NCBI GenBank assembly: GCA_002269645.1
Contig: NIVC01000099.1
Location: forward strand, 434,001-498,000
Source: Macrostomum lignano
Taxonomy: Eukaryota
DNA: 64,000 nucleotides
Direction: 5' to 3'
Shown here: piece by piece, positions 1-14,028 of the stretch
Layout of the letters: each line of letters opens with the position of its first letter
Position numbering within the stretch: position 1 is the stretch's first letter
The notes under the pieces: generated by a model
The model's database searches: none
What the model saw: only the letters and a program-made list of their open reading frames with translations
Told to the model about the DNA's origin: nothing
Program-made: the position numbers and the translations under genes

Positions 1-103
1 TACTCAGAACCGGCTTACACAACCCAAGACAGCCCTTTGCATCTCGCACATGTACATACACATGACGCACTGAAGTCCCTTGACTCTTCGAGCATCTCTG
101 CAT

Positions 104-312
104 TCAAGCACAAAAATTATTCTTTTTCTTCTTTACCACCCATTCATGCACCAGCTTCCTCCACCACTGATTGTCCTTCGCTGCTCTTTTTAACCTCTCC
201 ATCGTCCATCCGGTCCATTCCTTCAGGTCATCTTCCTCCTGATGTCCGTAATATTTGAGCTTTCTCCGCTTGATGATCTCATCCATTGATTCTGGTTCCT
301 TTCCCATATGCC
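104..312 (-). mobile_element. RTE-like non-LTR retrotransposon 3' remnant
   Basis: Translation EIIKRRKLKYYGH...DDLKEWTGWTMERLKRAAKDNQWWRKLV resembles the C-terminal region of RTE-clade ORFs. It is interrupted by the insertion at 321-451. Confidence 0.6.
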
Positions 313-320
313 TCCTTAAC

Positions 321-451
321 AACAAAATACGCGGTCAGCGTCACAGGCCACGATTCAGGGCCAGGGCGCGAACGAACGCCACGCCACCGGCCGAATCCGT
401 GGCGCTGGCGTCAGCCAGCAGGCAGTCGACGGAACGCTGAGTGCGGGCCTG
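321..451 (-). mobile_element. 5'-truncated LINE tail, same family as 57404-58467
   Basis: The reverse complement aligns by eye to 58297-58410 (..DCLLADA..DSAGG.AFVRA.AL..*) and ends in a short GTT tail. It is flanked by an 8-bp TSD TCCTTAAC (313-320 and 452-459). Confidence 0.75.
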
Positions 452-1076
452 TCCTTAACTTTTCTCCAAACCCGGGAATTTGACTCTTTTCTTTTCCCAT
501 GTAATCCTTAGCATTCATCTGTAATATTTCATTTCAAACGCTTTGAAATGGATAATTAGCCGGCAGCAATCAACGGAACAGCTCGAGACGTCACGGAGCG
601 CAGATGACCAGCGAGCTGCATTTGAATTCCCAGAGCTCCCCGCCCTAAAGCAAGCTCAGGTGTTTTCCCGAGCACAGATTAGCTTCACATAATTGTGGTT
701 GCTGTGCTTCTGCCTGGTCAATTTGGTACACAGAGCAGCTCTCCAGCTGGCTTCCTGAGCAACAGAACCTCTCGCACTCGCACCAACCCAGTAATTATTC
801 GCCAGCGTGGCCGGCACAACTAACAGCCAGGCCTTCATTTCCTGCGTCAGCGAATGACTGAGCGAGTTGCGAACCAAACCGGACTTGGCAACGCTCAACT
901 GGCTCGCAATGTCCTGCCTAGTTTAGTTGTCAATCCTAAGCAAATTCCCCAAAGGGACAGATGACAAAGCTTTCTGCTTGCTTTTTTTCGTTTCACAAAA
1001 TGTTTTCAGGTCACACGATTAGTTTTCTGGTAATAGAAATGAAATAATAATACTTAAACAAACTTTACAAGAAGGA

Positions 1077-2226
1077 CTGTAGGCTTGGTTGCAGTGAGTG
1101 TAGGCTTGGTTGCAATGAGTGTAGGTTTGGTTGCAGTGAGTGTAGGTTTGGTTGCAATGAGTGTAGGTTTGGTTGCAGTGAGTGTAGGTTTGGTTGCAAT
1201 GAGTGTAGGTTTGGTTGCAGTGAGTGTAGGTTTGGTTGCAGTGAGTGTAGGTTTGGTTGCAGTGAGTGTAGGTTTGGTTGCAGTGAGTGTAGGCTTGGTT
1301 GCAGTGAGTGTAGGTTTGGTTGCAGTGAGTGTAGGTTTGGTTGCAGTGAGTGTAGGCTTGGTTGCAGTGAGTGTAGGTTTGGTTGCAGTGAGTGTAGGTT
1401 TGGTTGCAGTGAGTGTAGGTTTGGTTGCAGTGAGTGTAGGCTTGGTTGCAGTGAGTGTAGGTTTGGTTGCAATGAGTGTAGGTTTGGTTGCAGTGAGTGT
1501 AGGTTTGGTTGCAATGAGTGTAGGTTTGGTTGCAGTGAGTGTAGGTTTGGTTGCAGTGAGTGTAGGTTTGGTTGCAGTGAGTGTAGGTTTGGTTGCAGTG
1601 AGTGTAGGCTTGGTTGCAGTGAGTGTAGGTTTGGTTGCAGTGAGTGTAGGTTTGGTTGCAGTGAGTGTAGGCTTGGTTGCAGTGAGTGTAGGTTTGGTTG
1701 CAGTGAGTGTAGGTTTGGTTGCAGTGAGTGTAGGTTTGGTTGCAGTGAGTGTAGGCTTGGTTGCAGTGAGTGTAGGTTTGGTTGCAGTGAGTGTAGGTTT
1801 GGTTGCAGTGAGTGTAGGTTTGGTTGCAGTGAGTGTAGGTTTGGTTGCAGTGAGTGTAGGCTTGGTTGCAGTGAGTGTAGGCTTGGTTGCAGTGACTGTA
1901 GGTTTGGTTGCAGTGAGTGTAGGTTTGGTTGCAGTGAGTGTAGGCTTGGTTGCAGTGAGTGTAGGTTTGGTTGCAGTGAGTGTAGGTTTGGTTGCAGTGA
2001 GTGTAGGTTTGGTTGCAGTGACTGTAGGTTTGGTTGCAGTGAGTGTAGGTTTGGTTGCAGTGAGTGTAGGTTTGGTTGCAGTGAGTGTAGGTTTGGTTGC
2101 AGTGAGTGTAGGTTTGGTTGCAGTGAGTGTAGGTTTGGTTGCAGTGAGTGTAGGCTTGGTTGCAGTGACTGTAGGTTTGGTTGCAATGAGTGTAGGTTTG
2201 GTTGCAGTGAGTGTAGGTTTGGTTGC
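1077..2226. repeat. 21-bp minisatellite (GTGAGTGTAGGTTTGGTTGCA)n
   Basis: About 55 near-identical tandem units. Explains the long low-complexity ORFs at 1019-2464. Confidence 0.97.
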
Positions 2227-2373
2227 CAGAAGCAGGGGTTGCAAGAGGCGGCAGTTGCAAGGAGCAGGGGTTGCAAGGGGCGGGGGTTGCCAGGAGCAGG
2301 GGTTGCAAGGGGCGGGGGTTGCCAGGAGCAGGGGTTGCAAGGGGCGGGGGTTGCCAGGAGCAGGGGTTGCAAG
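2227..2373. repeat. GC-rich minisatellite (GCAGGGGTTGCAAGGGGCGGGGGTTGCCAGGA)n
   Basis: Tandem 16/32-bp units directly abutting the GPCR exon donor. Confidence 0.85.
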
Positions 2374-2383
2374 GCCTACTTAC

Positions 2384-2615
2384 AGGTGGACAGCGCCAAC
2401 AGCAGGACGCTCATTGAGGACTTTCCGATGTCCCGCTTCAGCACCAGAACGGAGAGCGAGTTGAGCACCAGGCCCATCACAAAGATCAGGGAGGACAGGA
2501 TGACGTCAGTCAGGAGAATGAACCGCTTCTCGAAGGCGTTGAAGTGGTCAGCCAGACAGGACCCGTTCACCTCGCTGTCATTCAGCGCCAGCAGAGAAAT
2601 GTTGCTCGAATTCAT
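2384..2615 (-). CDS. Rhodopsin-family (peptide-type, FMRFamide-receptor-like) GPCR, first coding exon (N-terminus, TM1, start of TM2)
   Basis: MNSSNISLLALNDSEVNGSC... has 4 N-glycosylation sequons, then TM1 ILSSLIFVMGLVLNSLSVLVL and SSMSVLLLALST. It ends at a phase-1 GTAAGT donor (2383). Downstream exons were not found in the window. Confidence 0.75.
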
Positions 2616-3061
2616 TATGCAGTTTGGCTTCCACTGCAATGTCAGGCGGAGCTTCTTGCCGGGCCAAGGCCGGCGGGTATTTCTAGTGGGAAGCCGAGAG
2701 CGGCAGGCTGGCCAGGGAAGGGGAGTCCAGCCAATGGGAAATGAGAGAAACAGAACAGGGAATGAGAGGCCAGGGCACGCCTGCTTGGAATATGTCTAAA
2801 AAGTCTATCTATCTATGTTGACGAAAACCGAAACTGATGGGAGCGCTAGAGAGAGAGGGAGGGAGAGAGACGCTGAAATGCATTGTCCTTTGCCCGCCCT
2901 TCTTATTTTACCTGTGCGCTGCATTCAGCATCTGGATTGAGGATGGAAGATTCGCTGTCTGAAAATCAATAGTTACTCTCCCTTTATATAAATATTCCAT
3001 AGCAGATATGCAGCTGGATTGCAGGATACTCAACCAGAAATACAGCGAGAGGAAGGAAAGG

Positions 3062-4810
<1,749 letters not shown>

Positions 4811-5283
4811 TGATTCTATTCGCAGACTCGCCGCTGCAAATCGCAAATTTTATTTACCAAAAGTGCACAGCCAGGCAGAGGAGATTCGCTCCCAGTGGAA
4901 CTTTCTCGGGCGCAGATTTGCGCGCCAAATCTCCGGAAGCGACTCTCGCATTTGCATAATCAAATCGCGGGCAACAGTCAGCCTGGCCCGTCACCCCTAG
5001 CAACAATTCATCGCGTTAATGCAGTTTTGAAAGCATTGCCCGTGCGTGGCCTTGCAATCCAGACTGGGGGTTTCTGCTTCCAGATCTGCTTCAAAACCCG
5101 ATTGTTTCTCTCCTCCTCATTGTGTTCGTGCGCCTAAAAATGGACTCAGAGTTTAGGGCTGCATCGATCCCAACTCATCTGAGAGGTTCGCCCTAATGCT
5201 CATATAACTCGCAGGCTCTCTCCGATGCTTGGATGCAAAGCAGCTCAGCGTCCTAACACTCGCGCGCACATCCCTTTGATCCC

Positions 5284-5548
5284 GTTGTAGCCTAGTGGTC
5301 AGAGCGTCGGACTCACGACTTGAAGGTCGGGGGTTCGATTCCCGATCCCACTGGAACAATTTGCGTCCTTGAGCAAGACACTTGAGCTGGGGTAATTGAG
5401 GGTGTGTGTGACGACCCCCCAGTCTTTGGACTGCTGAACAGCCGTACACAACCTTCAGATGAGCCGCGCAATAGCTGCGGCTGAGCTGTCGGCTGCACAT
5501 CTGGCCCAATTGAGGCAGGTGTAATTGGTTATTAGAATTATTTATTAA
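5284..5548 (+). mobile_element. tRNA-derived SINE (copy 1)
   Basis: Head GTTGTAGCCTAGTGGTCAGAGCG...GGTTCGATTCCC has Pol III A and B boxes. Body contains GTCCTTGAGCAAGACAC, followed by an ATT-rich tail. Homologous to 18305-18623 and 41636-41924. Confidence 0.85.
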
Positions 5549-6084
5549 TTTGTCTGTGTACATTGACGATGACGATGTGGTCAACGAAGGCGTTGCGCCA
5601 GGGTGCCTGCAGCCCTCAGATAGGGTTTCCCCCACCCTCACTTGTCTTAGTTCTCAGGTCTCACCCAGCTGCCGAATCCCCAGTCATTATCCCAAATGCC
5701 AGGAATGGCACGAAGCGATCCAGCGCCAATCCTTGTTTTTATATTTCGATAAACAAGCCTCCGGCGCGCACCTGCCGCATGGCCTGCAGAGGCACTCAAG
5801 CGTAAAAAATTAGTTTCCAATTGCAAATTATTGCAATACTCGATCGAAATACAGCCGCCCACAAGCGGAAAAAACATCTGTGACACAAGCCTGAGTGGGA
5901 GGGGCGCCGAGCCTCCCCGATGCCCAATTATGGCTCATTTGAGGCGAGGTCTGACTGCATTTTTCTGTTTATATGATTTTCTATGCATAACATTTGTCAG
6001 ATAAACCGACAGACAGACCAACAAGTTCGTACTTGCCTGTAGGGAGTGCTGACGCATTGCTAACACTTCCTGAGGAGTCTCAAC

Positions 6085-7499
6085 CTACACCCACCTGCAT
6101 CATCTGAGCTACACCCATCTGCATCATCTGAGCTACACCCACCTGCATCATCTGAGCTACACCCACCTGCATCATCTGAGCTACACCCACCTGCATCATC
6201 TGAGCTACACCCACCTGCATCATCTGAGCTACACCCACCTGCATCATCTGAGCTACATTCACCTGCATCATCTGAGCTACACCCACCTGCATCATCTGAG
6301 CTACACCCACCTGCATCATCTGAGCTACACCCACCTGCATCATCTGAGCTACACCCATCTGCATCATCTGAGCTACACCCACCTGCATCACTGCATCATC
6401 TGAGCTACATTCACCTGCATCATCTGAGCTACACCCACCTGCATCATCTGAGCTACACCCACCTGCATCATCTGAGCTACACCCACCTGCATCATCTGAG
6501 CTACACCTACCTGCATCATCTGAGCTACACCCACCTGCATTATCTGAGCTACACCCACCTGCATCATCTGAGCTACACCCACCTGCATCATCTGAGCTAC
6601 ACCCACCTGCATCATCTGAGCTACACCCACCTGCTGCATCATTTGAGCTACACCCATCTGCATCATCTGAGCTACACCCATCTGCATCACTGCATCATCT
6701 GAGCTACACCCACCTGCATCATTTGAGCTACACTCACCTGCATCATCTGAGCTACACCCACCTGCATCATCTGAGCTACACCCACCTGCATCATCTGAGC
6801 TACACCCACCTGCATCATCTGGGCTACACCCACCTGCATCATCTGAGCTACACCCACCTGCATCATCTGAGCTACACCCACCTGCATCATCTGAGCTACA
6901 CCCACCTGCATCATCTGAGCTACACCCATCTGCATCATCTGAGCTACACCCACCTGCATCACTGCATCATCTGAGCTACATTCACCTGCATCATCTGAGC
7001 TACACCCACCTGCATCATCTGAGCTACACCCACCTGCATCATCTGAGCTACACCCACCTGCATCATCTGAGCTACACCTACCTGCATCATCTGAGCTACA
7101 CCCACCTGCATTATCTGAGCTACACCCACCTGCATCATCTGAGCTACACCCACCTGCATCATCTGAGCTACACCCACCTGCATCATCTGAGCTACACCCA
7201 CCTGCTGCATCATTTGAGCTACACCCATCTGCATCATCTGAGCTACACCCATCTGCATCACTGCATCATCTGAGCTACACCCACCTGCATCATTTGAGCT
7301 ACACTCACCTGCATCATCTGAGCTACACCCACCTGCATCATCTGAGCTACACCCACCTGCATCATCTGAGCTACACCCACCTGCATCATCTGGGCTACAC
7401 CCACCTGCATCATCTGAGCTACACCCATCTGCATCACTGCATCATCTGAGCTACACCCAGCTGCATCATCTGAGCTACACCCAGCTGCATCATCTGAGG
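6085..7499. repeat. 24-bp minisatellite (CTGCATCATCTGAGCTACACCCAC)n
   Basis: Tandem units with a higher-order duplication of about 571 bp. Confidence 0.97.
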
Positions 7500-8989
7500 C
7501 TCATAAAATTGTTTACCTGTCAGCTGGAACAGGTGGGGAAATTGGATTTCGAACCGCTCCTAGGACAGGATATTGATTAGAAATTCTTTGTGATTTCTGG
7601 CGACTGGCCTGAGATCACAGAATTATGGCGGAAAGCGGAGGTGCCCAGACAGATGGAGCACAAAGGCAGGGATAAAAGAGGAACGAAGCAGGAATCTGAA
7701 GGCTTTGATTAGAGGAGGTGGAAGCGGTGCGGGGAAGGCAAAGACAAAGGGGGGGGCGAACACGGATCCCGTTTGAGCGCCGCATTCACCGTGAGAGTTC
7801 TTTTGTGGTGAAATTTTCAATAATTTCAGCTAATTATAACTGGCTAAGGTGTCTCAGAGGAAAAAGTTTTAATACGCAAAATTTTAATAATAAGATCTCA
7901 TAAAAACCTACGGGTTGGAGAGCGTAATGAAGAGTTTGTTAATTGTTAAAACAGGCAGTTCCGATCGTCATCTGGAAGCTTAATTTCAACAGGAAAAAAT
8001 TAGTGGTTGGAATTGAAAATGAATAAATTTAAAAAATCCAATTTTTTTTGAAAAATGGTTAAATAAAGATAAGACCCCTGCTACCCTTGCCGCTGGGCCA
8101 CCCATAAAGGGCTTCTGATAATGGCGTAAAGCATAGGAATCCAGTCCTTGAGAATCTCAACCCTTGGAGTCTCACCAGCCCGTCAGAATCACCCTTCCAG
8201 TAGCGTCGATCCTCTTGAGCTCCCCCCTCCAAGAGTTCCGAGCTCTCACCCATCGAAGCTATCGTATGCTCTGAGACCCGCACCCTGTGAGGATCGAATA
8301 CCCTTGAAAACCTTGAGCTACGATATCAAAGTTGAGAGCCCACAGCTATATATAGCTAGAATTAATGCAGACCCCTCAGAGTCTGCAAGCCCACGCCAGC
8401 ACCCCCAGCTCTCCGACACGCTCTCTCTGAGATTCAATTTTACCCCGTCTTGAGCTCGAAAACATCTGCGGTTTTCAACCGGGGCCGGCCGCACGAGCAG
8501 CAATCTAAAGCCGAGACCAGGAGCCGCTCTCTCGGGCGGCCACGCCACGCCATGCACTTTATTAAACCGAGACAACCCAGGTTCAACTCTGCTCGAAGCT
8601 CTTCTCTGCTCTGCAAAGCTCTATTCAATACTAGAAGCAATACTCGCGGCTGAGCGGAGGTGCGCGGCCGCTGCCGGGCCTGGCCATCAATCACCCAATC
8701 ACGCCACTGCACTGGAAATCAGAAGAACAAAAATACAAGGCAAACAGGGACAGCCGCGTAGCCAACTGTGAGTAATGTGGAGAATCCAAGAATTTATCAC
8801 CCCAATATAACATTGCTGCAGAGGGCAGGAGAAGCACTGTGTGTGGCTGCAAAACAACTTCTACAGTCATGTGACTGCATGGCGAGTGTATAAGCGCTTG
8901 CCTGACTGTGTGCAGACGTGATTTACAGAATTGAGGATCTTCTAATGATTATTTAGATAGCCTTGAGAGCTCCATATTTGAGACTTGAA

Positions 8990-9410
8990 ATCTTACCTTC
9001 GAGGTCTGGATATCTCACATTTGATATCTAAAAATCTCACCTTTAGGATCTGGAAATCCCACTTTTGAGGTCTGGATATTTCACCCTTAAGTCAAGAAAT
9101 CCCACCTTCGAGGTCTGGAAATCTCACCTTTGAGATCAGGAAAAAATCTCACCTTGAGGTCTGGAAATCTCACTTTGAGGTCTGGAAATCTCACATTGAG
9201 GTCTGGAAATCTTACTTTTGAAGTCTGGAAATCTCACATTGAGGTCTGGAAATCTTACTTTTGAAGTCTGGAAATCTCACATTGAGGTGTGGAAATCTCA
9301 CATTGAGGTCTGGAAATCTCACTTTTGAGGTCTGGAAATCTCACATTGAGGTCTGGAAATTTCATCTTGAGATCTGAAAGCCTCACCTTTGAGGACTGAA
9401 AATCTCACCA
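8990..9410. repeat. Degenerate ~21-22-bp minisatellite (TGAGGTCTGGAAATCTCACATT)n
   Basis: Directly visible. Confidence 0.9.
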
Positions 9411-10599
9411 ACGTGGTCCCGAGACCCCGTATTAAACGTTAAAAGACTCTATTACCGAAATTAACCTTCGAACTTCAACCAAAATTTTACAAGCTTGACA
9501 AACGTAAAAAGATGGAGCAAAAACGTTCTGCCGCACACGCCAATCTTGTACACCAGTCGCAAGCAGACAGCGGAGCGAAGCCCGTTCATTACAAGAGAAA
9601 AGAACAACAAACCGTGGCTGCCATAAATTAGCAGACAGCGGCTCCACTCTCTCCCAGCCGCCCTTCCTCATATTTCACTGCACCAGCTGACCAGCCGAGT
9701 AATTATATTACGAAGTAGCACCAGGGTAGTGGCCTGCTCTTTCAACTTGATTGAGCTGGCCCCAGATATTAACTTGACAACAAAAAGATCAGATTGAATT
9801 GAGTATTTTAGAGCGCTGGTCCTCGGCTTAACTAAAAGTAAGCGCCGTAACTTTCCAAGAAAGCAGGCAGGCACCAAGAACTATTAAGTTCCTACACTCC
9901 CGACCGGTTTCCTCTCCAGAACACTGTAACAAGAACTCCATGACCAGGCCGTTATGTACACGCAAGCTGGCATTCCACACACTGCAGCCGCAGAGGCTCC
10001 GATCTCCCTGCCAGATTCTCCAGCAGGCCAAAGCAGAAAAGTTCCCCAGGCCAAGCAAATCGTCAATTGGCGGGGACCGCAGCAGCAGCAGTGGCGCGGA
10101 CGGGGCAGATCGAAATGTCGTTCGCTCTCCACCATCCATTCGAAATCCCATCCGGCCTTTAGTCTCCCTTCCTCCCTGCTTGCCCGGCGGTTCTGCAATT
10201 GTTCCTCTTTGCGCACAGCAGCGCGAAAACAGCCTTCAGTCTGGAACTGCACTTTTCCCTCTTGGTGGGGCGGGGGGACTCTTTGCTTTAGCTGACTGTG
10301 GAGCGCCATGCGTGGCGCATCCTAGCTGGTTCAGCTGCGCAATGGAGTGAGCACGCAGTTTAAGTTTCAAATGTTCCGATGGGTTGTTGAAATTTTTTAG
10401 AGCTCATCATGGTCCTTTCAATGGTTTTTATACCCCATGCCTCATTATTCACCAGCAAAACGGGTACTTTATCACGAAGTCGAATAGAGAACTTCAAGCA
10501 AGACGCCACCATATTCATCGGGAATTTTTGTACATCTCGGCAGTGCAAAACTTCCAGCGAAATGCCAAGCGATTGGGCCGGATCAGAAGGCAGTCCCGG

Positions 10600-11240
10600 T
10601 GTGATTGAACCGGATCAAATTTCATTTCCGGTGTGATTGAACCGGATCAAATTTCATTTCCGGTGTGATTGAATCGGATCATAAGGCATTTCCGGTGCGA
10701 TTGAATCGGATCATAAGGCAGTTCCGGTGTGATTGAATCTGATCAAAAGGCATTTCCGGTGTGATTGAACCAGATCATAGGGCAGTTCCGGTGTGATTGA
10801 ATCGGATCATAAGGCAGTTCCGGTGTGATTGAACCGGATCATAAGGCAGTTCCGGTGTGATTGAACCCGATCAAAAGGCAGTTCCGGTGTGATTGAATCG
10901 GATCATATGGCAGTTCCGGTGTGATTGAACCGGATCATAAGGCAGTTCTGGTGTGATTGAACCGGATCATAAGGCAGTTCCGGTGTGATTGAATCTGATC
11001 AAAAGGCATTTCCGGTGTGATTGAACCAGATCATAGGGCAGTTCCGGTGTGATTGAATCGGATCATATGGCAGTTCCGGTGTGATTGAACCGGATCATAA
11101 GGCAGTTCCGGTGTGATTGAACCCGATCAAAAGGCAGTTCCGGTGTGATTGAATCGGATCATATGGCAGTTCCGGTGTGATTGAACCGGATCATAAGGCA
11201 GTTCCGGTGATGTTGAATCGGATCATAAGGCGTTTCCGGT
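10600..11240. repeat. ~30-bp minisatellite (TTCCGGTGTGATTGAATCGGATCATAAGGCAG)n
   Basis: Directly visible. Confidence 0.95.
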
Positions 11241-11509
11241 GACTGGACCTGGACCAGAAGACAGGTCTCATGATGAGTCATCATGGGTAAGACATGGGTA
11301 AGACATAAAAAGCTTTAAAATAAATAATTAATTGAGCAGACAGCAAAGCTGGCGGCATCGGATAATGATCAAGGGATGCGATAAAACCGATTATATTATA
11401 GCCAAACTAGCAATGCAACGGGTACGGTAAATGCACGCACAGAATGGGCCAGAGGGACTATCATATACTACTCATATTAACATAGTTCTTATGCACTGCT
11501 ATCAGCCCG

Positions 11510-11776
11510 TCAGTCCTGCTCCGCATCCTCCTTCTGGCCGATGGCCCGGTCGGCGAAGCGCAGCCGCAGCACGAAGTTGCCGCCGCGCTCCTGCTGGCCG
11601 AGGCCGACCAGCTCGCGGTTGTTGGCCAGCACCAGCGCCTCTGTGGACAGCATCGCGTTCGGCCACTGCGCCATGCCGCCCGAGGACTTGTCGGTCGCTC
11701 TGGCGTTGCTGAACCGCAGCGTTGAAGTTGGCAGCGGGCATTTGGCCTCGTCGAACACTCGGCGAAGCTGATGCTC
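11510..11776 (-). CDS. HNRNPL: hnRNP L-like protein, exon 4 (RRM4 C-terminal part, stop)
   Basis: CAG acceptor at 11777. EHQLRRVFDEAKCPLP...KSSGGMAQW...TEALVLANN...FVLRLRF matches hnRNP L RRM4. TGA at 11510-11512. Confidence 0.85.
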   Translation of the reverse strand, partial: EHQLRRVFDEAKCPLPTSTLRFSNARATDKSSGGMAQWPNAMLSTEALVLANNRELVGLGQQERGGNFVLRLRFADRAIGQKEDAEQD

Positions 11777-12006
11777 CTGGTAATGAAAGTGCGCGAAAAA
11801 TACTGTTAGTAGGCTGAATTGCGTTTTCTTTCGATAAATGAAAAAATACAAAAAAACGGATTCGAAGTAATTACTATCAGATTGGAGACAACATGTATGA
11901 TGAATGGATGCGTCATTTTTAAATAGCCATAGTTAGTTTGCGTCATGCATTTTGAGTCATAAGCAGTCTGGGTGAGTCATAAAGTCACCTGAATCTGAAA
12001 ACTCAC

Positions 12007-12584
12007 CTGAATCCCGGGCGGGCAGTTCCAATAGTAGAGGGTGCGGAACGGCGGCGCCGGCTTGTTGCTGGCCGCCTGCCTCGGAGTGGTGAACCGATTG
12101 TTGGCGCAGTCCGAGTAGTCAACGAACCCGGGACTCTTGTCTGGCAGGGCCCGGTCCAGCGCCACTCCGTGCGGCGCCGAGTCCTTGGTCAGCCTGGCCA
12201 GCGGCGTCGGTGACACCCGAAGGCAGCTACCGAACATCCTGGCGCCGTCCAGGCAGCTGCCGACCCGGCAGGCCGAGGCAACGTCGCCAACTTCAACGTA
12301 GGCGCCGATCAGGGGACCGGGGGAGGCGGCGGCTGTCCGGGTGGCAGCTGCTGGCCCGGCGGCCGGCTCAGCAGGCAGATGCCGATCACGTTGCCGTACA
12401 GGCAGATGAGGTTGAACAGTCGGTCGCAGGTGAACACGCCGGAGTCCAGGCCGGAGAGCAGCAGCACGGGAGTGACGCGGTGGGGCGGCCCGGGCTCCTG
12501 CTGAATGCTCGGGTCGCGGGTGAAGTCGAAGGCGTCCGGGGTGTTGCGGACTATCGTGAGCTCGGGGGGCAGCGCGAAGTCCAC
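12007..12584 (-). CDS. HNRNPL: hnRNP L-like protein, exon 3 (RRM3 and start of RRM4), 1-nt frameshift near 12310-12325
   Basis: VDFALPPELTIVRNTPDAFDFT and PVLLLSGLD..FTCDRLFNLICLYGNV are hallmark hnRNP L RRM3 sequence. After a C-run the similarity continues in the -1 frame (GAYVEV...NNRFTTPRQAASNK...PFRTLYYWNCPP). Donor CAG|GTGAGT at 12006. Confidence 0.85.
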
Positions 12585-12639
12585 CTGGTGTTGCGGGGGT
12601 CGGGATGGTTTTACTTCAGCAGTAATTAATCTGGACGGG

Positions 12640-12945
12640 TGAGAATGGATATCTTAGGTGAGAAAAGACATCCTAGATAGGTGAGAATTGACATCCTAGA
12701 CAGGGGAGAATAGACATTCTATACAGGTGAGAATAGACATCATAAACGCGGGTGAGAATATATAACATAGACAGGTGAGAATCGAAATTCTATACAGGTG
12801 AGAAGACACCCTAAACAGGTGAGAATAGACATCCCAGACAGGTGAGAATAGACACTCTATACAGGTAAGAATAGGCATCCAAGACAGGTGAGAATAGACA
12901 TCCTAGACAGTTTAGAATGGGCATTTAAGACAGGTGAGAATAGAC
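12640..12945. repeat. ~23-bp intronic minisatellite (ACAGGTGAGAATAGACATCCTAG)n
   Basis: Directly visible in hnRNP L intron 2. Confidence 0.9.
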
Positions 12946-13009
12946 ATTAAAAATAAGTGGGAAGGAATCCCAAAATGCCAAGACCCAGGGGCTGAAATAA
13001 CTGCCTCAC

Positions 13010-13325
13010 CTTAACAGTACAGCAGCCGTCAAAGAAGTCCAGCCCATTTAGCCTGGCCTTGGCGGTCACCGCCTGTTCAATGTGAGCGAATTCAACCATA
13101 GCATGCAGCTGGCAACTCGGGCCCTTGCGAAACATCACAGCCCGGCACACCTGGCCAAACCGTGAGCAGGCGGCGTGCAGCATCTCCATGCTGACTGGCA
13201 GGCTGGGCTCGGCCCTGTAGAACACCAGCAGCAGCACCCGGTTGGGAGCCGGGAAGCCGTCGCCGCGGTGCATGATGCGGATAATGGACGACTCGACTAC
13301 GTGGATGCCGCCAAGAGCGCCCGAC
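13010..13325 (-). CDS. HNRNPL: hnRNP L-like protein, exon 2 (RRM2)
   Basis: CAG acceptor at 13326, in phase with exon 1. PNRVLLLVF...VSMEMLHAACSRFGQVCRAVMFRK...HAMVEF...AKARLNGLDFFDGCCTVK. Donor AAG|GTGAGG. Confidence 0.9.
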
Positions 13326-13379
13326 CTGCGGGCGGGACGAGAGGGAAATATTGATGAGGGAAGGGGAAGAAATCACTTC

Positions 13380-13945
13380 CATGGGAAGACTGGGAGAGGA
13401 AGACGGGAAGAGGGAGACGGGAAAAGGGAGACTGGAAGAGGGAGATGGGAAGAGGGAGAGGGAAACGGGGAGAGGGAGACGGGGAGAGGGAGACTGGAAG
13501 AGGGAGATGGGAGACGGGGAGAGGGAGACTGGAAGAGGGAGATGGGAGACGGGGAGAGGGAGACTGGAAGAGGGAGATGGGAGACGGGAAGAGGGAGACT
13601 GGAAGAGGGAGATGGGAGACGGGGAGAGGAAGACTGGAAGAGGGAGATGGGAGACGGGAAGAGGGAGACTGGAAGAGGGAGATGGGAAGAGGGAGATGGG
13701 AGACGGTAAAAGGGAGACGGGGAGAGGGAAACGGGGAGAGGGAGACTGGAAGAGGGAGATGGGAGACGGGAAGAGGGAGACTGGAAGAGGGAGATGGGAG
13801 ACGGGAAGAGGGAGACTGGAAGAGGGAGATGGGAGACGGGGAGAGGAAGACGGGAACAAGGAAGATTTGAAGAGGGAGACGGGAAGAGGGAGATGGGAGA
13901 CGGAGAGAGGGAGACTGGAAGAGGGAGATGGGAGACGGGGAGGAA
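13380..13945. repeat. Purine-rich ~35-bp minisatellite (GGGAGACTGGAAGAGGGAGATGGGAGACGGGGAGA)n
   Basis: Fills hnRNP L intron 1 and reads as a long polypyrimidine tract on the sense strand. Confidence 0.92.
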
Positions 13946-14028
13946 GAGGGAGAAAAGGACGAGATGGAGCCCAAACACACAAAGGTAAGCACCGCAGGCC
14001 CTCCAAAGCACCCGGTGCTAGAGCTCAC

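Noticed and set aside
656-898. 80-aa ORF as GPCR exon 2
   Set aside because: The candidate acceptors give stops in the required phase, and there are no TM2/TM3 motifs.
1019-2464. Long ORFs of 428-459 aa on both strands
   Set aside because: Pure translations of the 21-bp minisatellite; several frames are open because the unit has few stop codons.
5284-5355. tRNA-Val-like gene (also at 18550-18623 and 41850-41924)
   Set aside because: The acceptor stem does not pair, and each copy continues into the same SINE body and tail.
8059-10636. Clusters of short ORFs at 8059-8712 and 9432-10636
   Set aside because: No recognisable domain, consistent splice signals or repeat termini; left unannotated.
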